Shown: positions 50,157-58,669 of the stretch, in pieces
Numbering within the stretch: the first letter of the stretch is position 1
How the letters are laid out: every line of letters starts with the position of its first letter
From: Dehalococcoidia bacterium
GTDB taxonomy: Bacteria; Chloroflexota; Dehalococcoidia; Lucifugimonadales; UBA3495
Direction: 5' to 3'
DNA: 64,000 bases
NCBI GenBank assembly: GCA_965220095.1
Contig: CBDCPD010000004.1
Location: 36,582 to 100,581 of the forward strand
Made by a program: the position numbers and the translations under genes
Notes under the pieces: generated by a model
Told to the model about the DNA's origin: nothing
Database searches by the model: none
What the model saw: only the letters and a program-made list of their open reading frames with translations

Positions 50157-50441
50157 ATGAAAACAGCTTACCGCGCAACGATTGGGCGAATCACCGCCAG
50201 GTTCAACTGGGACAGGTCGGGAGTTGTCTTAGCCGCTCTCCTGTTATTGGGAGAAAGTGTGGCAGTGATCCTGGCAGTAATTTCCTTGCTATCAAGAAAC
50301 TACGACCCGGGACAGTTGGCTGCACTGATAGGTGCCGCTGCCCTGGTGCTTTACGTCCCCCTCGCCATTCGGCTGGGTAAGATGCCGTTCGCGGCCCCCA
50401 CTGAGTATGAAAACCGAAGAAATATGCACAGGCACCGTTAG
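50157..50441 (+). CDS. Small two-helix membrane protein (94 aa)
   Basis: Two hydrophobic segments. Lower-GC region downstream of the helicase. Confidence 0.4.
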   Translation: MKTAYRATIGRITARFNWDRSGVVLAALLLLGESVAVILAVISLLSRNYDPGQLAALIGAAALVLYVPLAIRLGKMPFAAPTEYENRRNMHRHR

Positions 50442-50772
50442 GCGTGCGCATTCCTCGGTCAGGGGACAAGATGGAAGGGGGTCGGAGATTAGGCCTTGTG
50501 GAGTTGGGCCTGGAAGACGGCTCAGGCGAATCCATCCGTGCAGCCGTAGGGCGAGCGTACTGTTTGGGAGATCAGGATTTACAAAATTTCTGTAGTCAGC
50601 CGTGGATAAAGGACGTGAAACAAAAATCTTGCTTGCACAGATTCAATTGGTTCCGCCAGCTATCAGCTTTTCAACCTTATCAGCACCGCCAGAATTGATG
50701 GATTGGTCGCAAGAGCCAGTTAGTGCTATACCTGCCTCAGATACAACCTCAGCGTCCCGAAATGGAACCTAA

Positions 50773-51165
50773 TCACACCGCGATCCCCAGTTCCCGCAGC
50801 CTCGTCACCAGGTACTCTTGCGTCCGGTCGCCCTTGACGCTGTTGCAGTGCCCGCATAGCAGTTGAAGGTTTTCGATGTGGTCGGTGCCTCCGCGTCGTT
50901 CCGGAACGATGTGATCAACGGTGAGATTGCGGAACTCGAAGGCCGACCGGCAACCTTTGCACCGGCCTCCCTGCTGGCCGAACAGGCCGTGCTTGTTCTG
51001 ACGGTAAGGTACTGGCGAGTCGATTCGGTACGCCTGGGGATGTCGGTTCGGGAGGTGACTAGGCGGTTGTGGAACTGGTCGCCCATGGACTGCTGCAGGC
51101 GCACGTCGCCCATTTGGACTGCCGATCCGAGTTTTCTCATTGTTCGCATACGACGCCATCGCCAT
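50773..51165 (-). CDS. HNH endonuclease
   Basis: GGRCKGCRSAFEFRNLTVDHIVPERRGGTDHIENLQLLCGHCNSVKG. Start taken at MAMASY to limit overlap with the upstream gene. Confidence 0.7.
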   Translation of the reverse strand: MAMASYANNEKTRIGSPNGRRAPAAVHGRPVPQPPSHLPNRHPQAYRIDSPVPYRQNKHGLFGQQGGRCKGCRSAFEFRNLTVDHIVPERRGGTDHIENLQLLCGHCNSVKGDRTQEYLVTRLRELGIAV

Positions 51166-52285
51166 CGCCGTCTCGAGCGCTCGGTACCATTGACTTGGGG
51201 AAACCTTGGCCAGATCCTTTTGTGCCACGTATCCGAATTTCGCCGGCCGCCACAGCGGCATCACAGGAAGCGTACTGGCGCACCGTCGGGTGCGGAGTGG
51301 TTGTTGGCGATAGCGTTGGTGTGGGGATTGGTGTTGGAGTATTGACAGTGGCAAGGTCGGGCTTTTGCATCCTGATGACCGTGGCCAGTTGATGGGGGAT
51401 GCGGCAAGTGTCTAGCATCTCACCGAGTGCTGCGGCTTCGTCCCGAGTAACGGTGAGGTCCCACTCGTTCTTGATGAGCGCCCAATCAGTAGCGTATTGG
51501 CACCAGTACGAGCGGTCCGCCGGCTGCCATTCGTCGGGTCCTTTGGCTCCCTTGGAACGGTTGGCGCTAGCTGTCACTGCTATCAGGTGGCCATGAACCG
51601 CCAGGTAATTCGCGTACAGCTGCTTGCGTTCTGATGGCCAATCCCAACTTCCGCTCTTGTGGGCATTGGCCAAGGGCACCATATGGTCAATGTCGAGATC
51701 CCTGGCGATGGTCACCGTGTTTCCGGAGTACGGCGCAAACCATTGCCCGGTGTCCACCCTACAGTGCCGATCCGATCGAAAGGTCACGTCGCTGAGGCTT
51801 TCCGCTAACAGAACCTCGTTGCGGGTATCCTGGCAGTCGCCGTCTGCGTCGATCCAATCGCCCCAATCGCCACGATCGTAGTCGGGCAACTCGGCAGGAA
51901 TCTCCGCTACCTCTACCATCAAGACTATCGTGGTAACAGCGGTAGCTTCCGGCGTTGCGACGGTGGGTGGCGATGTGGGTGCTGTAACCTGGACGTCGGT
52001 AGGCTGGGGTTGTACCGGGCTCGCCGGTGTGGCACGCGACTGCGCGGTTGGTGGCACGGGGTCTCCCGTCGGTGCCGGAGGGGCAGTGGCTGCCTTTGTG
52101 GGTGCCGGAGACGTTAACAACTGGTCTGTCGTGGCCATCGGTGCGACGTGGGGTGTATCGGTCGGCTGCTGCGTCCTGGCGGCGGCCGGCGCCGCCGGCT
52201 GTGAGGACTCTGAGGCGGGAACTTCCGACGAGCACGCGAGGACAAGAAGGATGGCGCAGGCCAATAGGGCCGATGTGATTTTCAT
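51137..52285 (-). CDS. Secreted lipoprotein nuclease: DUF1524 (His-Me finger) domain plus C-terminal Excalibur Ca-binding domain
   Basis: Lipobox LVLACSS; Pro/Thr-rich linker. DIDHMVPLANAH ... ASANRSKGAKGPDEW; C-terminal SCDAAVAAG...DGDGDGVVCE. Confidence 0.75.
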   Translation of the reverse strand: MKITSALLACAILLVLACSSEVPASESSQPAAPAAARTQQPTDTPHVAPMATTDQLLTSPAPTKAATAPPAPTGDPVPPTAQSRATPASPVQPQPTDVQVTAPTSPPTVATPEATAVTTIVLMVEVAEIPAELPDYDRGDWGDWIDADGDCQDTRNEVLLAESLSDVTFRSDRHCRVDTGQWFAPYSGNTVTIARDLDIDHMVPLANAHKSGSWDWPSERKQLYANYLAVHGHLIAVTASANRSKGAKGPDEWQPADRSYWCQYATDWALIKNEWDLTVTRDEAAALGEMLDTCRIPHQLATVIRMQKPDLATVNTPTPIPTPTLSPTTTPHPTVRQYASCDAAVAAGEIRIRGTKGSGQGFPKSMVPSARDGDGDGVVCEQ

Positions 52286-52460
52286 TATTGGGGTTCCGTC
52301 CAGCGAATGGAGTTATCAGCATGGTAGCGGTTATGCGCCGCGCCAAGAATGATACCATTCCCTTACTGGGTTTTATGTCCCTTCCCGAAGTACCTAAGCG
52401 GCGCTCGCTCGTCTAATCAGTCGATAGGATGCTCGCGGCTGCACAGCAAGGATAAGCGGA

Positions 52461-53192
52461 ATGGAAGACTTCAATGAATCGACTTACGGAGACCGGATTG
52501 CGGACGCATATGACGACCTATATGCAACCCTGAGCAGTCCAGAACTGTCGCCCCGATCATAGACGTGCTGGCAGAGTTGGCTGGCGGCGGGCGAGCTTTG
52601 GAGTTGGGAATCGGAACCGGCCGGATCGCTCTTCCACTGTCGGCGCGGGGCGTTGAAGTCCACGGCATCGACGCATCAGAGGCTATGTTGAACAAGCTGC
52701 TCCAGAAGCCTGGCGGTGCAGCGATACCTGTCACCCTCGGCGATTTGGTGGAACTGCAAGCTGAGGGAAAATACTCTCTAAATCTACGTAGTCTTCAATA
52801 CGTTTTTTGCCCCATTGACGCAGGAAGCCCGGTCAGTTGGTTCGCGAACGTCGCTAGCCATCTGACCAATGATGGAGTCTTCCTGATCGAGGCTTTCGTG
52901 CCCGACGTGGCCCGATTCATACGAGGCCGTAGTATGCGTGCCGGCGTTGTAGAGGCCGACCTCGTTTCCATAGACTTGTCCCGCCACGATCCGGTGGCTC
53001 AGACCGTTACAACATCCTATCTATATGTGGCAGAGAATGGCGTAAGCATCTACCCCGTCAAGATGCGCTATGCCTGGCCGCCGGAGCTGGATTCGATGGC
53101 GAGGCTGGCCGGTCTAAAGTTGCGAGATAGGTCCAGCCGACTGGCAGGGCAGTCCCTTCACGTCTGGCAGCCCCCACCACGTGTCGGTGTAG
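52461..53192 (+). pseudogene. Class I SAM-dependent methyltransferase, decayed (at least 4 frame changes)
   Basis: N-terminus MEDFNESTYGDRIADAYDDLYA is in frame 0. The ELGIGTGRIALPL / GIDASEAML core is in frame 2. A local double shift occurs around 52780-52830. The C-terminus DWQGSPFTSGSPHHVSV-stop is back in frame 0. Confidence 0.6.
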
Positions 53193-53333
53193 GAGCTACA
53201 GTGATGTCCCATAGATCGAACAGCGAAGTTGATCATAGTCGAAACACCGCCGCGCCAGTGCAGCGGTGGCAGACTTCATTAGAACTCTGCCATACCAAGC
53301 GAAGGATCAATGCGGACGAGTTGGTCCACATTA

Positions 53334-53400
53334 CATAACGGCTGTTTGGCGAACCATGTCGGGTATCGATAAGACCGGTATGTCGGTTGCAGCCTGATCC
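53334..53400 (+). repeat. Short relic of the TnpB-tail repeat 5' motif
   Basis: Compare acataacggctgtttggcgaaccatgtcgggtatcgataagaccgg with acgtaacattccttgggcgaaccacactgggtatcaataaggcgg (copy 2). Confidence 0.45.
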
Positions 53401-53478
53401 TGCGGTGGTCCAAATCGACGCTGATCTTGTGTGTGATGCTTGACGTCAGCCGTCACATCTTCCTACACTGGTTGCGCA

Positions 53479-53763
53479 ATGATCCAGGGTTACCAGGACC
53501 GGCGGACCGCGGCATTCGCCGCCAGGGAATATGTCCCCGCGTTTCAGGGTTTTGAGGATCAGGCAGCGCGCCGGCTTTCGGTTTTGAACGCTGCCCGATC
53601 GGTGGACACGCTGCGGGCGTTGCGCAGCAATCGTCTGGAAGTGCTGCGCGGGGACCGGGCCGGACAGTACTCCATAAGGATCAATCGTCAGTGGCGCATC
53701 TGCTTCAGTTGGCCCGATGGCCAGGCCGGGCCGTCAGACGTTGAGATTGTGGACTATCACTGA
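53479..53763 (+). CDS. higB: HigB-type toxin (RelE/ParE superfamily, plasmid maintenance killer)
   Basis: LEVLRGDRAGQYSIRINRQWRICFSW...VEIVDYH. Confidence 0.8.
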   Translation: MIQGYQDRRTAAFAAREYVPAFQGFEDQAARRLSVLNAARSVDTLRALRSNRLEVLRGDRAGQYSIRINRQWRICFSWPDGQAGPSDVEIVDYH

Positions 53764-53779
53764 GGGGGTACTGGTGACA

Positions 53780-54070
53780 ATGTTGAAACGAGCCGTACAT
53801 CCTGGGGATGTATTGAGAGATGAACTGGAGGAGAGAGGAGTATCGCCGGCGAGTTTCGCCAGGCAGATTGACGTGCCAGCCAATCGCATCAGCCAGATTC
53901 TGGCCGGAAAGCGTGCGGTGACCGGAGACAGCGCCCTTCGGTTTGGCCACTGGTTTGGCATGGATCCCCAGTTCTGGCTGAACCTGCAGGCGCAGTATGA
54001 GTTGGCGGTCGCGGAACGGTCGGTGGGAGCAAAGATACGTGCCCTGCCCACGGCGGCGGGCGGCGAGTAG
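53780..54070 (+). CDS. higA: HigA-type HTH antitoxin
   Basis: HPGDVLRDELEERGVSPASFARQIDVPANRISQILAGKRAVTGDSALRFGHWFGMDPQFWLNLQ. Confidence 0.85.
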   Translation: MLKRAVHPGDVLRDELEERGVSPASFARQIDVPANRISQILAGKRAVTGDSALRFGHWFGMDPQFWLNLQAQYELAVAERSVGAKIRALPTAAGGE

Positions 54071-54215
54071 AGTGCGGACGAGGTCACGTTGCGGCGTGCA
54101 TGATGTGCCAGGACTTCCGACGGCCCGCGGGGCACCCCGTATGATAATCGGAATAGCGACTGTCATCATCATGGGGCTAGTGTCGGGAACGCCGGCCGGA
54201 TCCAGGAGTTGACCG

Positions 54216-57200
54216 ATGATCATACTGCACGGGGGTTGGCAAGACGGGTGGATGTTGCTGTGGGCGGAGCGGTCGCCGGATGAACTGCGCCCCAAGGGAA
54301 ACGGTGATCCAGCAGGAGGCAATGATCATCCCTACTGCGCTGATCCCGAAGAATTGGTCAATGTTCTGACCAGTGCCGCGCCCGGGTTTCGGGCAGACTC
54401 GGGCGAAGCCGTCTCCGCCACCGCGTGGCTGCCCAGCAGGGGCGGCAGCCCGCTTCCGTCCAGCGCCCTGGTGGCGGACCCGCCCAGATCCAGGGCCAAG
54501 CCCAGGCTCATGCCCTGGTCCATACCGGCATACCGAGTGTCGCCGGCGGAAGCCATCCCGATATTGCAGGCCTGCAAAGGGCAGGGGATGTTGATCAACG
54601 GCGTCGGCATCGGAGTGGACCTGGCCTATTGGAGCCAGGCGGTGCGCTTCGGAGCGGGGCTGGTGGCGCGGCAGCAGTTTCTGCCGGGGGCCATCCACGA
54701 CGCCGATGGCGTTCGCGCCACCTGGGTGCCGCTGTTCATGGGAGCCGACGCCGAACGGCTGGCCCAGCTGAGCCAGCGCATGCCGGCGCCCGCCCGGGCG
54801 CTGTCGGGACCCGATGCCGGTCAACCGCCCGACCAGCCGGCGGCCACCGTCCTCAGGGCCTTCGTCGCCGCGGTCGCGGACAGCTTGGTCAGAAAAGTCA
54901 CCGTAGGATCGGAGGTAACTACACCCAAGGGCCGTCCCAAAAAGTCAGCTTTCGACAGCGTGCACGATGCCTGGTTGAGTGGCCTGCAATCAATCGACGG
55001 AGCAGTTCACGGCACTTCGGAGCAATTGGGGCAGTTGCGGGCGCAGGTTGCTGAATGGCAGCGGCCCATTGCCGTCATGGCCAACGCGCCGTTTCGGGTC
55101 TGCTTCCGGCTGGAAGAACCGCCGGAGTCGGACGAAGGTGAGGGCGATGTTACGTCATCATCTGACGGTGACTGGTATCTGCGGTATCTGCTGCAATCCC
55201 ACGCAGACCGCAGCTTGCTGCTGCCCGCCAGCGCGGTCTGGAAAACCGGCGGCCAGCGGGTACGAGAGTTGGAACGGGACGGCTTCAACCCCCGGGAGTT
55301 CCTGCTGGCGTCCCTGGGTCAGGCCAGTGGGGTCTGCGCCGGCGTGGCCGACAGCCTGCAGCGGAAGAGGCCCGCGGGCCGCAAGCTGGACGCCGCCACG
55401 GCGTACCAATTCCTGACCAGGGAGTCCATAGCACTGGAGGAGGCCGGCTACGGCATCATCCTGCCGGCATGGTGGACCCGCCGGGGAACCAGGACCAAAC
55501 CCACCGTCAGGGCCAACGTGAAGACTCCGCAGATGCAGGGTGGTGACGGCGTGTCGTTGGCCACCACCCTGCATCTGAACCTTGAGGTGGCGTTGGTGGA
55601 CCAGGTGATGACCGCCCGGGAGCTGGAGGCGTTGGCCCAGCTGAAGACGCCGCTGGTGAGATTGCGCGGCCAATGGGTGGAGCTCAACGCCAGCGAGATC
55701 CGAGCGGCGCTGGATTTCTGGAACCGGAAGGGCGAGACCACCCTGAAGGACGTCATCCGGCTGGCGGTGGGGGCGGGAGAGACGCCGGGCGGGTTCGACG
55801 TGGACGGCGTGGCCGCCAGCGGCTGGGTGGAGGACCTGCTGGGGCAACTCACCGGACGGGCCGAGTTCCAGGAACTGGCAACCCCAGAGGGATTCTGCGG
55901 GACGCTGCGTCCCTATCAGCAGCGGGGCTATTCCTGGCTGGCATTCCTGCGGCGCTGGGGGCTGGGCGCCTGCCTGGCCGACGACATGGGCCTGGGCAAG
56001 ACGGTCCAGACCCTGGCCGCCATCCAGCAGGACCGCCGGGAAGGTGCCGAGGAACCGACGCTGCTGGTCTGCCCGACCTCGGTGCTCAACAACTGGCGCA
56101 AGGAGGCGGCCCGGTTCACGCCCGACCTGCCGCTGATGGTGCATCACGGTCCGAGCCGCCGGCGGGACGCCGAATTCGTTGCGGCGGCCCACCAGCACGC
56201 CATCGTCGTGGCCAGCTACGGAGTGTTGGCGCGGGACATAGGGTTCATGGCCGAGGTGCCGTGGCGGGGCATCGTGCTGGATGAGGCGCAGAACATCAAG
56301 AACCCGGCCACCCGGCAGGCCCGGGCCGCCCGGTCGCTGGGCGCCGAGTACCGGATGGCCCTAACCGGCACGCCCGTGGAGAACCACGTGGGCGACCTGT
56401 GGTCGGTGATGCAGTTCCTGAACCCGGGCCTGCTGGGAACGGAGGGCGAGTTCAAACGCAACTACTTCATACCGATCCAGGCCGAAGGGGACGAGGGCGC
56501 GGCCCAGCGGCTGCAGCGGGCCACCGGTCCCTTCATCCTGCGGAGGCTCAAAACCGACCGGGCCATCATCAGCGACCTGCCCGAGAAGATGGAGACCAGG
56601 GAGTTCTGTCCGCTGACCCGGGAGCAGGCCACCCTGTACGAGGCGGTCCTGCAGGAAGCCGAGCAAGCTTTGGAAGAAGCCGAAGGCATCGGGCGCCGGG
56701 GCGCGATACTGGGCACGCTGACCAAGTTGAAGCAGGTTTGCAATCATCCCAGGCAACTGCTGGGGGACAATTCCGCCATCGCCGGCCGGTCAGGCAAACT
56801 GACGCGTTTGCAGGATATGCTGGAGGAAATCATTGCGGTGGGCGACCGTGCCCTGGTGTTCAGCCAGTTTGCCGAGATGGGCGCCATCCTGCAGCGGCAC
56901 ATCCAGGACACCTTCGGCAAAGAGGCCCTGTTCCTGCACGGCGGAGTCTCCCGGCGTCAGCGGGACCGGATGGTGGAGCGGTTCCAGGACGACAAGAACG
57001 GGCCACCCGTGTTCATCCTGTCGCTGCGCGCCGGAGGCACCGGGCTGAACCTGACGGCGGCCAACCACGTCTTTCACTACGACCGCTGGTGGAACCCCGC
57101 CGTGGAGAACCAGGCCACGGACCGCGCCTTCCGCATCGGCCAGACCAGCAACGTCCAGGTGCACAAGTTCTTGTGCGCCGGCACCCTGGAGGAGCGCATC

Positions 57201-57332
57201 GACCTGATGATTGAGGCCAAGCAGGCCACCGCCGAGCGGGTGGTTGGGACCGGGGAAGGCTGGCTGACCGAATTGTCCAACGAAGAACTGAGAGATGTCC
57301 TCAGCCTGAGCTCGGAAGCGGCCGTCGCATGA
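54216..57332 (+). CDS. SNF2-family helicase with long N-terminal SNF2-associated region (HelZ-like)
   Basis: DDMGLGKT (about 55981), DEAQNIKN (about 56281). Helicase-C motifs: LSLRAGGTGLNLTAANHV, QATDRAFRIGQ. Confidence 0.85.
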   Translation: MIILHGGWQDGWMLLWAERSPDELRPKGNGDPAGGNDHPYCADPEELVNVLTSAAPGFRADSGEAVSATAWLPSRGGSPLPSSALVADPPRSRAKPRLMPWSIPAYRVSPAEAIPILQACKGQGMLINGVGIGVDLAYWSQAVRFGAGLVARQQFLPGAIHDADGVRATWVPLFMGADAERLAQLSQRMPAPARALSGPDAGQPPDQPAATVLRAFVAAVADSLVRKVTVGSEVTTPKGRPKKSAFDSVHDAWLSGLQSIDGAVHGTSEQLGQLRAQVAEWQRPIAVMANAPFRVCFRLEEPPESDEGEGDVTSSSDGDWYLRYLLQSHADRSLLLPASAVWKTGGQRVRELERDGFNPREFLLASLGQASGVCAGVADSLQRKRPAGRKLDAATAYQFLTRESIALEEAGYGIILPAWWTRRGTRTKPTVRANVKTPQMQGGDGVSLATTLHLNLEVALVDQVMTARELEALAQLKTPLVRLRGQWVELNASEIRAALDFWNRKGETTLKDVIRLAVGAGETPGGFDVDGVAASGWVEDLLGQLTGRAEFQELATPEGFCGTLRPYQQRGYSWLAFLRRWGLGACLADDMGLGKTVQTLAAIQQDRREGAEEPTLLVCPTSVLNNWRKEAARFTPDLPLMVHHGPSRRRDAEFVAAAHQHAIVVASYGVLARDIGFMAEVPWRGIVLDEAQNIKNPATRQARAARSLGAEYRMALTGTPVENHVGDLWSVMQFLNPGLLGTEGEFKRNYFIPIQAEGDEGAAQRLQRATGPFILRRLKTDRAIISDLPEKMETREFCPLTREQATLYEAVLQEAEQALEEAEGIGRRGAILGTLTKLKQVCNHPRQLLGDNSAIAGRSGKLTRLQDMLEEIIAVGDRALVFSQFAEMGAILQRHIQDTFGKEALFLHGGVSRRQRDRMVERFQDDKNGPPVFILSLRAGGTGLNLTAANHVFHYDRWWNPAVENQATDRAFRIGQTSNVQVHKFLCAGTLEERIDLMIEAKQATAERVVGTGEGWLTELSNEELRDVLSLSSEAAVA

Positions 57333-57381
57333 AACCGGCCGGAACAAACACCCAAACCCGCGCATTGCAGGACTGAACGCC

Positions 57382-58290
57382 ATGGTCTATTACGATTTTG
57401 AGTACACCAGCCCCCGGGAAGCCAAGGGAGGGATCCGGGCGCAATCCAAGCGGGGCGACTTCGGCGCCAGCTGGTGGGCCAGGCGCTGGGTGCAGGCGTT
57501 GGAGAACTTCAGCCTGGGGTCCAGGCTCGCCCGGGGCCGGTCCTACGCCCGCCGGGGGCAGGTGGTGTCCATCGACGTGGGGCCGGGCGAGGTGGAGGCC
57601 AGCGTCCAAGGTTCCCGGAAGCGGCCCTACCGGGTCAGCATCGGGGTTGCCACGCTGCCGGGCCCCGATTTGCAAAGGCTCCAGGCTGCCCTGGCCGAGC
57701 GGCCCGTTTTTGCTGCCAGCCTGCTGGCGGGTCGGATGCCGGAGAACATCGAGGATGCGTTCACCGACGTGGGATTGTCCCTGTTTCCGTCGCGAATGAG
57801 TGATCTGGAAACCGATTGCTCGTGCCCTGACTTCGCCAACCCGTGCAAGCACACCGCAGCCGTGTACCTGCTGTTGGGGGAGGAATTCGACCGCGATCCA
57901 TTCTTGATTTTCAGGATGCGGGGCATCGAACGGGACGAGCTGTTGGGTCCTGACCTGCGGAGGTCCGCCGAGGCCAGCGCCTGGATGTCCCCGACGCTGC
58001 CACCGGAGCCGCTGCCCGCGGGCCCCGACGCATTCTGGGGGCAACCCGAATGGGACGACAATTACGACGATATCATCGGGCTAGCCCGCGTGCCTGAGGA
58101 GCCGGCGTCGCTGCCCAGGCACGCGGGCCGCTTCCCCTTCTGGCAGGGTGGTGAAGAGTTCCTGCCGGCGCTGGAAACCATCTACGACCGGGCTTCACAG
58201 GTCGGATTGGAACTGTACCTCGATGCGGAATCACCCGCACAATTGTCCGTCGAAGGTCTGGATGATTACCCATCTCGACCGGGGAAATAG
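57382..58290 (+). CDS. SWIM zinc-finger protein (partner of the SNF2 helicase)
   Basis: CSCPDFANPCKHTAAVYLLL. The last 11 codons and the stop lie inside the repeat copy starting at 58256. Confidence 0.75.
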   Translation: MVYYDFEYTSPREAKGGIRAQSKRGDFGASWWARRWVQALENFSLGSRLARGRSYARRGQVVSIDVGPGEVEASVQGSRKRPYRVSIGVATLPGPDLQRLQAALAERPVFAASLLAGRMPENIEDAFTDVGLSLFPSRMSDLETDCSCPDFANPCKHTAAVYLLLGEEFDRDPFLIFRMRGIERDELLGPDLRRSAEASAWMSPTLPPEPLPAGPDAFWGQPEWDDNYDDIIGLARVPEEPASLPRHAGRFPFWQGGEEFLPALETIYDRASQVGLELYLDAESPAQLSVEGLDDYPSRPGK

Positions 58291-58606
58291 CCTTTAGCAC
58301 CGGCCTTCCTTGTTGTCGCCTAACGGCCGGCGTTCGGAATCAGCGGGCAGAGCGTTGGGCCGGACTCCTCCACCATGAGGCTGACATTCTGAGTGCCACG
58401 GCAGCTGACTCGACGTAATGACAACTGTGCGAAGCACAGCGGGTATCAATAAGAGGCGGACGCCGGAAAAATGGATGCGCAATCGGGGCCACCGATGTGT
58501 TGCGACGAGACTTCCTGACGACGCTGGCCAGCTATTTCGTGGCTGGATCCGTCAGGATACTTGGTGCAACTGAATGTCGGTAACCTTTCTGAATGAGGCA
58601 ACAGGA
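58256..58606 (+). ncRNA. TnpB 3' tail plus omega-RNA-like module, copy 4 (subfamily B, long form)
   Basis: An alternative frame encodes VWMITHLDRGNSL-stop, as in copy 2. The conserved non-coding tail ends at ...gaatgaggcaacagga. Confidence 0.55.
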
Positions 58607-58669
58607 ACCGGCAAGAATGCTTGACGCGGGACACCCCCCTCGCCGCCGCCGGCCCTTTACCGGGAAACC

